A stretch of 64,000 nt of DNA from Sedimentisphaerales bacterium (GCA_963663965.2 CAXXFK010000028.1:544001-608000), one strand, 5' to 3'. Counted from the first letter of the stretch, positions 1 to 10,441 are shown. The notes: generated by a model not told the origin, from the sequence alone. Made by a program: numbers and translations.

Positions 1-11
1 ATTATCAGGCG

Positions 12-1946
12 TTGCTGAAGTATGCCGAGACGTGTAACTGGCAGCCGCACAAGCGGATTTATCATGCCGATGACCATTGTGTGGGACAGATGTATATCGA
101 GATGTATAAAAAATATCGCGACCCCAAAATGATCGCCGGGATTCAGGAGCGGTTCGATTATATCCTGGCCAACCAACCGTCGCTGGAATTGAAGTTCGGT
201 ATTAAAGGCGGACAGGATCGCTGGAACTGGTGTGACGCGCTGTTTATGGCACCTCCGGTCTGGGCCAAGCTGGCACGGGTCACCGGTGAGCAGAAGTATC
301 TGGACTATATGCTGAAGGAATGGCAGGCGACGACCGATTATCTGTTCGATAAGGATGAGCATTTATATTACCGTGACAGCCGTTACTTTGAACAGCGTGA
401 GGCCAATGGCAAAAAGGTATTCTGGTCGCGCGGTAATGGCTGGTCTTATGGCGGATTGGTGCGAGTTCTGGAAGAACTGCCTGAAGATCATCCTGCCCGT
501 CCGGGTCTGATTGAGCAGTATCGTTTGATGTCGGCCAAGCTGATGGCGATTCTGCCGGAAGATGGCATGTGGCATTCGAGTCTGCTGGATCCGGTCAGTT
601 TCCCGACGAAAGAAGCCAGCGGCAGCGGATTCCATTGTTATGGTCTGGCCTGGGGTATCAATCAGGGGTATCTGGACGAAAAGACTTATTTGCCGACAGT
701 GATGAAGGCCTGGACGACTCTGGTCAGTTGCGTTCATGAGGATGGCATGCTGGGCTATGTTCAGCCGATCGGGGCTGATCCGCGCCAGGTTAAACCGGAA
801 CAGACTGAGGTTTATGGCGTAGGTTCGTTCTTACTGGCCGGTAGTGAAGTTTATAAGATTGCGGTTCGTCAGGGAATGCGGGCGAAAAAGGTGGTAGTGA
901 GCAATCCACTGCTTGCGTTTCGTGATAGTGAAACGATCGAGTTGCCCTGGAGTGATGCGGTTAAGGCTGTACCGGGTTTGAATAAGAATAATGTGGCCGT
1001 TTTTGAATTCAAGACCAATCGTCTGTTGACGACCCAGGTAGTCGAAGATGGTAAGAATTCTAAATTGCTCTGGCAGATTAATCTGGCTCCGGGCGAGAAG
1101 AAATATTACTGGATCATGAAGCAACCGGAAAATCTGGCCCGGCCGGAATCGACCTTGACGACTTTTGGCCGCTATGTCCCGGAACGCATGGATGATTTTG
1201 CCTGGGAAAACGATAAGATTGCGTTTCGGATGTACGGCAAGGCGCTGGAAGTGGAGACGGTGAGCAGCGGGATCGATGTCTGGTGCAAGCGTGTGGATTA
1301 TCCGGTAGTGAACAAATTCTATGAAACCGGCGATTACCATGAAGATCACGGCGAAGGTGGTGATTTTTATAAAGTGGGGAATACCCTGGGTTGCGGCGGA
1401 GCGGGAGTTTATGGCAAAGATGGCCAGGTGCATATGTCCAGAAACTTCCGTAAATCGAAGGTTGTTGCCAATGGTCCAATCCGGACAATTTTCGAATTGT
1501 CGTACGATCCATGGACCGTCGATGGCGTCGAACTCAGCGAGGTCAAGCGGGTCAGTATCGATCTGGGCTCAAATCTGAACCGGATCGAATCGCATTACCA
1601 GACGATAGCCGATCATTTGACCCTGGCGGCCGGAATCGTCACGGATAAGAAAACCGGTGAGTCGATTCTGACGCCCCAGGATGGCTGGATTGCCTATTGG
1701 GAAGATCTGGGTAAGATTGGCAGAGTGGGTTGTGGTGTGGTGTTCCCGCAGGGACCGGAGCTGACCGGAATCAATGCAGCCGGTCATCTGCTGCTGACCA
1801 GTACGCATCCGATGGATACTCCGCTGAGCTATTACGCAGGGGCCTGCTGGAATAAAGTTAAAGAATTTGACAACCTGACGAAATGGCTGGATTATCTCAA
1901 AGCCTTCAAGCAAAAGATTGACCATCCTGTTCAGGTCGAAATGTAA
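12..1946 (+). CDS. GH105/GH88-family unsaturated glycuronyl hydrolase fused to a C-terminal DUF4861-like domain; 5' end probably outside the window
   Basis: GH105 motifs HADDHC, WCDALFMAPP, FWSRGNGW and EASGS; C-terminal half has RMDDFAWENDKIAFRMYG typical of DUF4861. Confidence 0.85.
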   Translation: MLKYAETCNWQPHKRIYHADDHCVGQMYIEMYKKYRDPKMIAGIQERFDYILANQPSLELKFGIKGGQDRWNWCDALFMAPPVWAKLARVTGEQKYLDYMLKEWQATTDYLFDKDEHLYYRDSRYFEQREANGKKVFWSRGNGWSYGGLVRVLEELPEDHPARPGLIEQYRLMSAKLMAILPEDGMWHSSLLDPVSFPTKEASGSGFHCYGLAWGINQGYLDEKTYLPTVMKAWTTLVSCVHEDGMLGYVQPIGADPRQVKPEQTEVYGVGSFLLAGSEVYKIAVRQGMRAKKVVVSNPLLAFRDSETIELPWSDAVKAVPGLNKNNVAVFEFKTNRLLTTQVVEDGKNSKLLWQINLAPGEKKYYWIMKQPENLARPESTLTTFGRYVPERMDDFAWENDKIAFRMYGKALEVETVSSGIDVWCKRVDYPVVNKFYETGDYHEDHGEGGDFYKVGNTLGCGGAGVYGKDGQVHMSRNFRKSKVVANGPIRTIFELSYDPWTVDGVELSEVKRVSIDLGSNLNRIESHYQTIADHLTLAAGIVTDKKTGESILTPQDGWIAYWEDLGKIGRVGCGVVFPQGPELTGINAAGHLLLTSTHPMDTPLSYYAGACWNKVKEFDNLTKWLDYLKAFKQKIDHPVQVEM

Positions 1947-1988
1947 AATGTAAATCAAGATATTATTTCTAAAAATCAGGAGATAGTG

Positions 1989-2819
1989 ATGCAAGTACGT
2001 TATACCCCCGATCCAGTGCGGTTTTGTCGCATGACCACACAGGAAATCCGGGATGAATTTTTGATCGAGACCCTGTTTGTTCCGGGCCAGATCGAGATGC
2101 TCTATTGCGATATTGACCGGACCATTGTCGGTTCGGCCGTTCCGACCGGCAGCGAACTGGCGCTGACCAGCGCGGATGAGTTGCGGGCGGATTATTTCTG
2201 TCAGCGGCGCGAACTGGGGATCTTGAATATTGGCGCGGCCGGGCAGGTGACTGTGGATGGTCAGGTTTATGAGATGGCTAACCTGGATTGCCTGTATGTT
2301 GGCCGAGGAGCGAAAAGGATCGTCTTTGCCAGCAACGATAAGGGGCAGCCGGCCAGATTTTATCTGTTGAGTTATCCGGCGCATAAGGAATTTCCCACGA
2401 CCCACGTGGCCCGGGCGGATTCCACCCCGGTGCAGCTGGGTTCGATTGAAGATTCCAATAAGCGGACCATTTACAAATGTATCCATCCGGATGGCGCCAA
2501 GAGCTGTCAACTGGTGATGGGTTTTACCCAGCTGGAATCGGGCTGTGTCTGGAATACCATGCCGCCCCATACCCATGAACGGCGGATGGAGGTCTATTTG
2601 TATTTCAATGTGGCGGAAGATGCCCGGGTGTTTCATCTGATGGGCAAACCGGATGAAACGCGTCATATTGTGGTGGCGGATGGCCAGGCGGTTATTTCGC
2701 CCAGCTGGTCCATTCACAGCGGTACCGGAACCCGCGCTTATACTTTCTGCTGGGGTATGGGCGGCGAGAACCAGGCCTTTGATGATATGGATCATCTTCA
2801 TATTGGACAATTGAAATAA
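1989..2819 (+). CDS. kduI: 4-deoxy-L-threo-5-hexosulose-uronate ketol-isomerase
   Basis: RRELG, WNTMPPHTHERRMEVYLYF, SPSWSIHSG and WGMGGENQ motifs; adjacent to kduD. Confidence 0.95.
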   Translation: MQVRYTPDPVRFCRMTTQEIRDEFLIETLFVPGQIEMLYCDIDRTIVGSAVPTGSELALTSADELRADYFCQRRELGILNIGAAGQVTVDGQVYEMANLDCLYVGRGAKRIVFASNDKGQPARFYLLSYPAHKEFPTTHVARADSTPVQLGSIEDSNKRTIYKCIHPDGAKSCQLVMGFTQLESGCVWNTMPPHTHERRMEVYLYFNVAEDARVFHLMGKPDETRHIVVADGQAVISPSWSIHSGTGTRAYTFCWGMGGENQAFDDMDHLHIGQLK

Positions 2820-2895
2820 AGATGAATTTTGAATCAGAGGTGATAATAAGCGATTTGCTGAAACTGATGATTCAAATGTATGTGAGGAATATTTT

Positions 2896-3657
2896 ATGAT
2901 TCTGGATAAATTTAAACTGGATGGCAAGATGGCCATTGTCACGGGCGCTTCCCGTGGATTGGGGCAGGGTATTGCCCTGGGACTGGCTGAGGCCGGTGCG
3001 GATATCGCGCTGGTGGATGTACTGGATATGGCGGATAGTCAGGCCCAGGTTGAAAAGCTGGGGCGGCGTTGCATTGCCATTCAAGCGGATTTGAGCAAAA
3101 AAGAGTCGGTTGATCCCATCGTTACCCAGACGGTTGAGCAACTGGGTGGAATCGATATCCTGTTCAATAACGCCGGAATTATCCGTCGGGCGCCGCTGGT
3201 GGATTTTACGGAAAAGGACTGGGACGATGTGATGAATATCAATATCCGCACCCTGTTCTTTTTGAGTCAGGCGGTCGCGCGGGTGATGATCCAGCAGGGG
3301 CGCGGGGGCAAGATTGTCAATACGGCCTCCATGCTGAGCTTTCAGGGTGGAATCCTGGTCCCTTCTTATACGGCTTCCAAAAGCGCAGTGATGGGATTGA
3401 CCCGGCTGCTGGCAAATGAACTGGCTCCGCATCAGATTAATGTCAATGCCATTGCACCGGGATATATGGCTACGGACAATACCCAGGCGCTACGGGATGA
3501 TCCGGCGCGTAATAAAGCCATTCTGGACCGGATTCCGGCCGGGCGCTGGGGGACTCCGCAGGATTTACAGGGTGCGGCGGTCTTTCTGGCATCCGAGGCG
3601 GCTTCCTACTTACAGGGTTATACTATTGCGGTGGATGGCGGCTGGCTGGCCCGTTAG
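2896..3657 (+). CDS. kduD: 2-dehydro-3-deoxy-D-gluconate 5-dehydrogenase (SDR family)
   Basis: TGASRGLG, NNAGIIRR, ASMLSFQGGI and YTASKS motifs; C-terminal VDGGWLAR. Confidence 0.93.
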   Translation: MILDKFKLDGKMAIVTGASRGLGQGIALGLAEAGADIALVDVLDMADSQAQVEKLGRRCIAIQADLSKKESVDPIVTQTVEQLGGIDILFNNAGIIRRAPLVDFTEKDWDDVMNINIRTLFFLSQAVARVMIQQGRGGKIVNTASMLSFQGGILVPSYTASKSAVMGLTRLLANELAPHQINVNAIAPGYMATDNTQALRDDPARNKAILDRIPAGRWGTPQDLQGAAVFLASEAASYLQGYTIAVDGGWLAR

Positions 3658-3672
3658 TTGAGGAGATGGATC

Positions 3673-4773
3673 ATGTCTGGTATATCATTGAGACCGGAAT
3701 CAGATTGTAAGTATGATATTCTCTCACTGGGTGAAATCATGTTGCGGCTGGATCCGGGCGAGGAGCGTATCCATACCACCCGTACTTTTCGCGTATGGGA
3801 AGGCGGGGGTGAATATAATGTCGCGCGGGGTTTGAAGCGCTGCTTTGGTAAACGGGCCGCGGTGGTTACGGCGATTGTCGATAATCCGGTGGGCCGGCTG
3901 CTGGAAGACCTGCTCTATCAGGGCGGGGTCTCGCCGGAGTATATTCGCTGGATGCCGTTTGATGGTATCGGCCGCAAGACGCGGGTAGGCCTAAATTTTA
4001 CCGAGCGGGGTTATGGTGTGCGGGCGGCGGTTGGTTGCTCAGACCGGGCTAACAGCGCCGCTTCTCAGCTGAAGAAAGGGGATATCGACTGGGACCGGAT
4101 TTTTGGTCAGGATGGCGTTCGGTGGCTGCATACCGGTGGCATTTACGCCGGTTTGTCGCAGACGACACCGGATGTGATTATCGAGGCCATGACGGCGGCG
4201 CGCAAATATGGCACGATTATCTCTTATGATCTGAATTACCGGGCATCGTTATGGAAGGATATTGGCGGTAAGGAAAAGGCGATGGCCGTCAATCGAGAAA
4301 TTGCGGCCCTGGTGGATGTGATGATCGGCAATGAAGAGGATTTTTCCGCGTCGCTGGGTTTTGCCGTGCCCGGTCTGGATGAAGGCTGCTCTAAACTCGA
4401 TCCCGCCAACTTTAAGAAGATGATTCTGGAGGTGGTCAAGACCTTTCCTAATTTCAAGGCGGTGGCGACTACCTTGCGTCACGCTAAAACGGCAAGTGTG
4501 AATGACTGGGGCGCGGTGCTTTATATGGCTGGTGAGTTTTACGATGCCGATTTAAGAGAAGATCTGGAGATTCTGGATCGGGTTGGGGGAGGTGATAGCT
4601 TTGCTTCGGGCCTGATTTATGGCCTGATGGAGGGTAAGAGTCCTGTTGAATCGGTTAATTATGGGGCTGCCCATGGCGCTCTGGCGATGACCACGCCAGG
4701 CGATACCACTACTGCCAGTCTGGCCGAGGTGCAACGGGTTATGAAGGGCGCAACGGCGCGTATCAGCCGCTAA
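3673..4773 (+). CDS. kdgK: 2-keto-3-deoxygluconate kinase (PfkB family)
   Basis: GEIMLRL, GGGEYNVA, DLNYR and DRVGGGDSFASG motifs; AGGAG upstream of ATG 3673; kdu context. Confidence 0.85.
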   Translation: MSGISLRPESDCKYDILSLGEIMLRLDPGEERIHTTRTFRVWEGGGEYNVARGLKRCFGKRAAVVTAIVDNPVGRLLEDLLYQGGVSPEYIRWMPFDGIGRKTRVGLNFTERGYGVRAAVGCSDRANSAASQLKKGDIDWDRIFGQDGVRWLHTGGIYAGLSQTTPDVIIEAMTAARKYGTIISYDLNYRASLWKDIGGKEKAMAVNREIAALVDVMIGNEEDFSASLGFAVPGLDEGCSKLDPANFKKMILEVVKTFPNFKAVATTLRHAKTASVNDWGAVLYMAGEFYDADLREDLEILDRVGGGDSFASGLIYGLMEGKSPVESVNYGAAHGALAMTTPGDTTTASLAEVQRVMKGATARISR

Positions 4774-4887
4774 GGTGGCCGGTCCAGCGCGATAAGAAGC
4801 CGGTTGCATTCCAGTTATGCATTTGATAAGATGTCTGACCTGGTTATCAGATGAGTACCAGGCAGACTTTTTTTATGGAGAACACCA

Positions 4888-5796
4888 ATGAAAACGTTAA
4901 GTGTATGTATTTGGGTTGCGTTGATGGGATTGTTAGTAGGTTGTAACCGGGTATGTTGTGAAGATATCAAAGATATTGTTGTGGAAGGGGCCCAGCTGAA
5001 GCTGATATCCGATGAATTTAAATTTACGGAAGGGCCGATTGCCGACAAGCAGGGCAATGTTTATTTTACCGATCAACCGAACGATCGTATTATGCTATAT
5101 ACGGTTAAGGGAGAAATGAAAACCTTTATGCAGCCATCCGGCCGGTCGAATGGTTTATATTTCGACCGTCAATGGAATCTGATCGCCTGCGCGGATGAAA
5201 AAACGGAGTTGTGGCGGATCGATATCAAGACGAAGAAGCATGAGGTGCTGGCGAAAGAATACAATGGGAAATCGCTGAACTCCACCAATGATGTCTGGGT
5301 GCGGCCTGATGGTGGGATGTATATTACCGATCCGTTTTACAAGCGGCCCTGGTGGGATTACGATCAAAAGCCGCAAGATAAAGAATGTGTCTATTTCCTG
5401 TCTAAAAAAGGTGAACTGAAGCGTGTGGTCGATGACCTGGCGCAGCCCAACGGAATTATTGGCACACCGGATGGCAAAAAGGTTTATATCGCCGATATCA
5501 AAGGCAATAAAACCTGGTCCTGGCGAATAATGCCCGATGGAACGCTGGTTGATAAAAATCTGTTCTGTGAAATGGGCTCCGATGGTATGACCCTGGATTG
5601 CTGTGGCAATGTTTATCTAACCGGCAGTAAAGGGGTAACTGTATTTGGCCCGGATGGCAAGAAGCTTACCCTGATAGAAGTCCCCAAGAGTTGGACGGCG
5701 AATGTGACTTTTGGCGGCCCGGAAATGAAGACGCTCTTTATTACCGCACAGACCGCGCTTTATACGATTGAGATGAATGTCTGTGGCGCCAGATAG
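4888..5796 (+). CDS. SMP-30/gluconolactonase family protein, probable lipoprotein
   Basis: FTEGP, SNG, NDV, PNGI and DGMTLD motifs; LVGC lipobox. Confidence 0.85.
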   Translation: MKTLSVCIWVALMGLLVGCNRVCCEDIKDIVVEGAQLKLISDEFKFTEGPIADKQGNVYFTDQPNDRIMLYTVKGEMKTFMQPSGRSNGLYFDRQWNLIACADEKTELWRIDIKTKKHEVLAKEYNGKSLNSTNDVWVRPDGGMYITDPFYKRPWWDYDQKPQDKECVYFLSKKGELKRVVDDLAQPNGIIGTPDGKKVYIADIKGNKTWSWRIMPDGTLVDKNLFCEMGSDGMTLDCCGNVYLTGSKGVTVFGPDGKKLTLIEVPKSWTANVTFGGPEMKTLFITAQTALYTIEMNVCGAR

Positions 5797-5841
5797 TTTT
5801 TTTCTGATAGCTTGTATATTGGCAGCCAGGCTACGGTCTGG

Positions 5842-7296
5842 CTATTTTTTTAATGGGGTCTGTTTGAGATTGTCCGGTGTTTGACGGGCTATTTGAATCT
5901 GCTGATGGAGGAGTGTTTTTAATTCTGTGATGGTGGATTTCTGGTCGGGGTCATCGATCAGGTTTTTCATCTCTGCCAGATCGGTAATGGTGTCGTAAAG
6001 TTCCGCGCCGTCCATGGCATTGGGGCCCCATTCGGTATAGCGATGGTGATCAGTACGGATGGTAAAATTGTTGCCCATCTGGGTGAGAGCTGCTTTTCGA
6101 GGTTTGATAGCGGGATTTTTGAGTGTGGGGACCAGGCTGTGGCCTGAGAGATAGGCGGGCGCGGGTAAGTTGCATAATTCCGCCAGGGTTGGATAGAAAT
6201 CGATCATCTGGGCCAGGGCCGGGGTTGACTGGCCGGCGGTTTTCATGCCAGGTACTGATATAATCAGAGGGACGTGGGTGGCATTGTCGTAGAGGCTCAT
6301 TTTCTGGTAGTGGCCGTGTTCACCCAGGTGATAGCCATGGTCTGAGGTAAAGAGGATGATGGTATTTTTATCCAGGCCGGTCTGACGCAGGGTATCGAGT
6401 ATGCGGCCCAGTTGTGCGTCGGCGAAGGTGGTGGAGGCGTAGTATGCCCGGATGGCCTGTCGGGCCAGATGGTCGGCCAGGTTAATTTCTTCTTTGTGAC
6501 GGGTTAGCGCGTTTCGGGCGGGCGCTGGGACCGTGTCGTAATAATTCTGGGGGATAGTTGGGACTTTTATCTGGTCGAGTGGGTATAAGTCGAAATATTT
6601 CTTGGGCGCGACATAAGGGGTATGGGGACGGTACAAGCCAACAGCCAGATAAAAAGGGGTTTTATCTTGCGCGAATTGCTCCAGTTGCTTGATGGCTTCG
6701 TTGGCGCCAATACCGTCGGTTTGTTCGATATCTTCGCCTTCAGCGGCCAGCCAGCTCAATGTGGCGCCGAACTGACCGGGCTTGAGGCTGAATATCGATT
6801 CTTCATCATCCTTATCGCGGCCGATGGGATTGAAGGTCTGGGTCCATGAGGCCGGGTCGTCGTGGCCGGGAGTCCCGATCGCTTTGGGCACATTGTAATG
6901 ATAGATTTTTCCGATCCGGGAACTGGTATAGCCGTGGTTGCGGAATAGCTGGGACAGGGTAGTCACATCCGGCAGGGTTTGACGGATATAAATGCTGTTG
7001 GCAGTGATCAGGGTCTGGGTGGGGTATAACCCGGTCATGAAGGAGGCGCGGCTGGGGCCGCAGAGGGGATACTGACAGTAGGCCCGTTCAAACCGCATAC
7101 CGGCTTTTGCCAGTCGGTCGATATTGGGTGATTGGACTAGCGGATGGCCGTAGCAGCCCAGGTCGCAATTGAGGTCATCACAGATGAGGAATAGGACATT
7201 GTATTTGGGCGTTTTTGCGGGCTGGGCATTAACCGTTGACAAAGTTGTGATAAAACCGATAATTAAGAAAAGGCCGATTTTGCTGATTCTGGTCAT
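5842..7296 (-). CDS. Formylglycine-dependent sulfatase (iduronate-2-sulfatase-like), secreted
   Basis: NVLFLICDDL, CGPSRASFMTG, GKIYH, PHTPY and SDHGYHLGEH motifs; GGAG upstream of ATG 7296. Confidence 0.9.
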   Translation of the reverse strand: MTRISKIGLFLIIGFITTLSTVNAQPAKTPKYNVLFLICDDLNCDLGCYGHPLVQSPNIDRLAKAGMRFERAYCQYPLCGPSRASFMTGLYPTQTLITANSIYIRQTLPDVTTLSQLFRNHGYTSSRIGKIYHYNVPKAIGTPGHDDPASWTQTFNPIGRDKDDEESIFSLKPGQFGATLSWLAAEGEDIEQTDGIGANEAIKQLEQFAQDKTPFYLAVGLYRPHTPYVAPKKYFDLYPLDQIKVPTIPQNYYDTVPAPARNALTRHKEEINLADHLARQAIRAYYASTTFADAQLGRILDTLRQTGLDKNTIILFTSDHGYHLGEHGHYQKMSLYDNATHVPLIISVPGMKTAGQSTPALAQMIDFYPTLAELCNLPAPAYLSGHSLVPTLKNPAIKPRKAALTQMGNNFTIRTDHHRYTEWGPNAMDGAELYDTITDLAEMKNLIDDPDQKSTITELKTLLHQQIQIARQTPDNLKQTPLKK

Positions 7297-7435
7297 TTGA
7301 TCGCTCCTGAGAAGTTTAAATAAAACTGCGAGCACTTGGTACATACGATTAATCTGATAATTTATTGCATAATAGATATTACGGTGAGAAGAAAACGTAC
7401 TCAAAAATCCAAACTTGAAGGATTCGACAAACCAG

Positions 7436-8890
7436 ATGAAAGAAACACGCTATTTATTGAGGGTATTGTGCCTGATCACTGCGATGGTTGGACTTGCCAG
7501 CGGGGCTGATTCAAGCTTGCGACCTAATTTTGTGTTGATCATTGCTGATGATGTCAGTGTCAATGATATCGGATGTTATGGCCATCCAACCATTCGGACG
7601 CCTCATATCGATCAGCTGGCCCGTGAAGGTGCCCGGTTCGAGCGGGCATTTCTGACGGCCAGTTCGTGCAGCCCGAGCCGTTGCAGTATTATTACCGGGC
7701 GCTATCCGCATAATACCGGCGCACCGGAACTGCATATGCCATTGCCGGAGAACCAGATTCCATTTCCCGCCGTGCTAAAGCAGCAGGGTTATTATACCGC
7801 TCAGGCAGGCAAGTGGCATCTGGGAGAAAATGAGAATGTGACCGGCGCGTTTGACCGGCGCGAAGGCGGCGGGCCTGGCGGTGAGGAAAACTGGCTGGAG
7901 GTGTTACGGCAGCGGGATAAAACCAAGCCCTTTTTTCTATGGCTGGCATCATTTGACGCCCACCGGGGCTGGGATGATAAAAATACCATGAAGTCCTATT
8001 CGCTGGAGGAGATTCAGGTGCCGATCTACCTGGTTGATGACCGGCAGACACGCGCGGACCTGGCGGCTTATTATCGAGAAATTACCCGGTTCGATTATGC
8101 TATTGGTGAGGTTGTTAACGAACTGAAACAGCAGGGGGTATATGAAAATACGGTTATACTGGTAATGGCTGATAATGGCCGGCCTTTCCCGCGGTGTAAG
8201 ACCCGGGTTTATGACAGCGGGATGCAAACGCCGCTGGTGATCAGTTGGCCGGATGGTCTGCAAGACAAAGGCAAACCGCGCGGCGGTCTGGTGAGCAGTA
8301 TCGATCTGGCGCCGACACTGTTGGAACTGGCAGGTATCGAGCCATCCGATAGCTTCCAGGGGGTTTCAATCGCGCCATTGCTGAAAGATGGTCAGGCACG
8401 GGTAAGGAAGTATGTCTTTTCCGAACATAACTGGCATGATTACGAGGCACATGAACGTCAGGTCCGAACGGAACGTTATATGTATATCCGTAATGCCCGG
8501 CCGCAATTGATGAACCAGGGGCCGGCGGATTCGGTGCGGTCGCCGTCGCATGTGGCGTTGCAGTTGGGGCGAGACACGGGCAACCTGACCCGCGCACAGG
8601 GAGATGTGTTTCTGGCTCCGCGGCCGGATGAAGAGCTGTTCGACTGTCAGAATGATCCGGAACAATTGGTTAATCTGGCTGCTGATCCTGCCATGGCTGC
8701 GATTCTGAACCGTTTGCGCCATACACTGGACCAATGGCAAAAGGAGACATGTGATACCATTCCATTGCAGATCACCCCGGATCAGTTTGATCGTGAGACA
8801 GGAAAAAATAATGGTAAGGAATGGCAGCGGGAAACGACTCCGGGTAGTGAGCGACAGGCTGCCGAATGTAATCAAAGTGGTCCAATCTGA
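7436..8890 (+). CDS. Formylglycine-dependent sulfatase (sulfamidase/SGSH-like), secreted
   Basis: RPNFVLIIADD, CSPSRCSIITG, GKWH and ADNGRPFPRCK motifs; signal peptide. Confidence 0.9.
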   Translation: MKETRYLLRVLCLITAMVGLASGADSSLRPNFVLIIADDVSVNDIGCYGHPTIRTPHIDQLAREGARFERAFLTASSCSPSRCSIITGRYPHNTGAPELHMPLPENQIPFPAVLKQQGYYTAQAGKWHLGENENVTGAFDRREGGGPGGEENWLEVLRQRDKTKPFFLWLASFDAHRGWDDKNTMKSYSLEEIQVPIYLVDDRQTRADLAAYYREITRFDYAIGEVVNELKQQGVYENTVILVMADNGRPFPRCKTRVYDSGMQTPLVISWPDGLQDKGKPRGGLVSSIDLAPTLLELAGIEPSDSFQGVSIAPLLKDGQARVRKYVFSEHNWHDYEAHERQVRTERYMYIRNARPQLMNQGPADSVRSPSHVALQLGRDTGNLTRAQGDVFLAPRPDEELFDCQNDPEQLVNLAADPAMAAILNRLRHTLDQWQKETCDTIPLQITPDQFDRETGKNNGKEWQRETTPGSERQAAECNQSGPI

Positions 8891-8965
8891 TGGTGGCGTG
8901 AACTACAAAATTATTACGGAGTTTGTGAGTAAATTTATAGCTGAACCAATATTAAGGAGTCTCAA

Positions 8966-9199
8966 ATGGCAAAACGCGCGAAGAAGAAACAGCGTGACGT
9001 GGTCAAGAATTATCCCATGAAACAATTTGTTGCCAAGTTGCGTCGACTGGCTGACAGTATCGAAGAGGGCAAGCGGTTTCGCATTCAGGTGGCGGGCGAA
9101 CGGGTGAGTATTCCACCGGACGCAACGATTAATATTGAACATGAACGTGAAGGGGATGCCGAAGAAGTTGAATTCCAGATTGTCTGGAAAAACGGCTGA
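8966..9199 (+). CDS. Amphi-Trp domain protein
   Basis: 77 aa with LRRLADSIE...IEHERE...EVEFQIVW pattern and near-terminal Trp; AAGGAG RBS. Confidence 0.75.
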   Translation: MAKRAKKKQRDVVKNYPMKQFVAKLRRLADSIEEGKRFRIQVAGERVSIPPDATINIEHEREGDAEEVEFQIVWKNG

Positions 9200-9220
9200 C
9201 TTTGATAACCGCTAAACCAT

Positions 9221-9256
9221 AAAAAAGCCCTGTCGTCTGGCAGGGCTTTTGTTTTT
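9221..9256 (+). terminator. Rho-independent terminator
   Basis: AAAAGCCCTG/CAGGGCTTTT stem followed by a T-rich tract. Confidence 0.8.
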
Positions 9257-9280
9257 GAGGGAGTGGAGGAGTTATAAAGA

Positions 9281-10192
9281 TAACAGCCGGATTATCCGCA
9301 GATGGATACAGATAAAAAATAAAAACTGGGTTAAGTTATTGAAATATAAAAAGATATAACGGAATACCCAGGGCGGTCAAGCCGCAACCAAAAGAAGAAA
9401 TAGTTCACACAAAGCCACCAATCCACCAAGATAAACAGCCAGTTAGACAGGATCACAGGATTGACAGGATTTAAGAAATGAGAATTGAGATAAAAATATA
9501 TCAGCCGATTCGACCGCAGATCCCGATGTACATCGGGACAGGTGGACGCAGATATAAAAGTAAAGAAAGATAGAACCACGAAAGGGACGAAATGCACGAA
9601 AGAAGAAAAAAACATTTTACCGTAAGGTAGTGAAGGGAGTGAAGAAATGGCCATTAAGCTGAAAGATTAACAGGCTTTTTTAGACAGGATCATCCCGATC
9701 CCGATGGCTCGGGATTTCGCTTTGCTCAATATCTGGGACTTTCAGCTCATTGACAGGATTTGAGAAAATGGATTTGATATCAAAATATAACAGCCATTTA
9801 ACATGAAGTTATTGAAGGGCATGAAGGGGGGGGGGAGGTGATAAAAAAGAAGATTTCACCACAGAGGAACAGCCGGAGTGGGGGGAAGATGGATGAAAAG
9901 GAATATGAGTTTAAAAGAAGGCAAGGAATATAACAGCCGGATGAACCACTGAGCCGCCTGCGGCTACACGAAGAGCGCCTGCGGCGCTGCACGAAGGTTA
10001 AGAAAAATATAACAGCCTTTTTAGACAGGATCATCCCGAGGGTTATCGGGACTTTCAGCTCATCGACAGGATTTGAGATTAAAGGGAATTGGAATAAGAA
10101 TATAACAGCCGAGTTCACCACGGAAAAACGCGGAAAGACGCGGAAGAAAGGCAAAAGGCAGGATGCAGGATTGGAAATTAGAAAGGCAGGAT
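9281..10192 (+). repeat. Array of about 13 units: AACAGCC motif plus unit-specific short direct repeats (period mostly 8-10 bp)
   Basis: (T/A/G)AACAGCC at 9281, 9433, 9788, 9867, 9931, 10010 and 10103, with variants at 9499 and 9668; repeated cores include ACAGGAT, ACGAAA, TGAAG and CGGAA. Confidence 0.85.
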
Positions 10193-10386
10193 TCGTTTGT
10201 GGATTTTTTATTTTTGATGGCAATTGTTGGCTGATGGGGAGTGATGTGTTATGTGTTCAAAGTTTTACGGTGTTATGTTTGATAGTGCCTGGCTGTTGAT
10301 ACTGCTGAAGGAATGTGAATGATGGTGTGGAAGAAAACCTATTTAGATCAGCCCCGAGGTTTCGGGACTTCGCCTAGCTCAGCCCG

Positions 10387-10435
10387 CCTGAGGCGGATCT
10401 TCGACATGGGCAAAACAAGTTTTACCCATCCTACG
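10387..10435 (-). repeat. Left REP-like element (GTAG-type hairpin plus CCTGAGGCGGATCTTCGA)
   Basis: Inverted counterpart at 12134-12206; minus strand reads CGTAGGATGGGTAAAACTTGTTTTGCCCATG. Confidence 0.7.
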
Positions 10436-10441
10436 TGACTG

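Noticed and set aside
1569..2942. 457-aa minus-strand ORF
   Set aside because: Antisense to GH105 and kduI
9281..10192. CRISPR array or TIGR-like array
   Set aside because: The constant part is only about 8 nt, spacing is irregular, the variable parts are internally repetitive, and no cas or Nop-domain gene is in the window
9331..10223. Minus-strand ORFs 9331..9654 and 9798..10223 as proteins
   Set aside because: Phe/Ser/Leu-rich translations of the purine-rich repeat array with no RBS or recognisable motif
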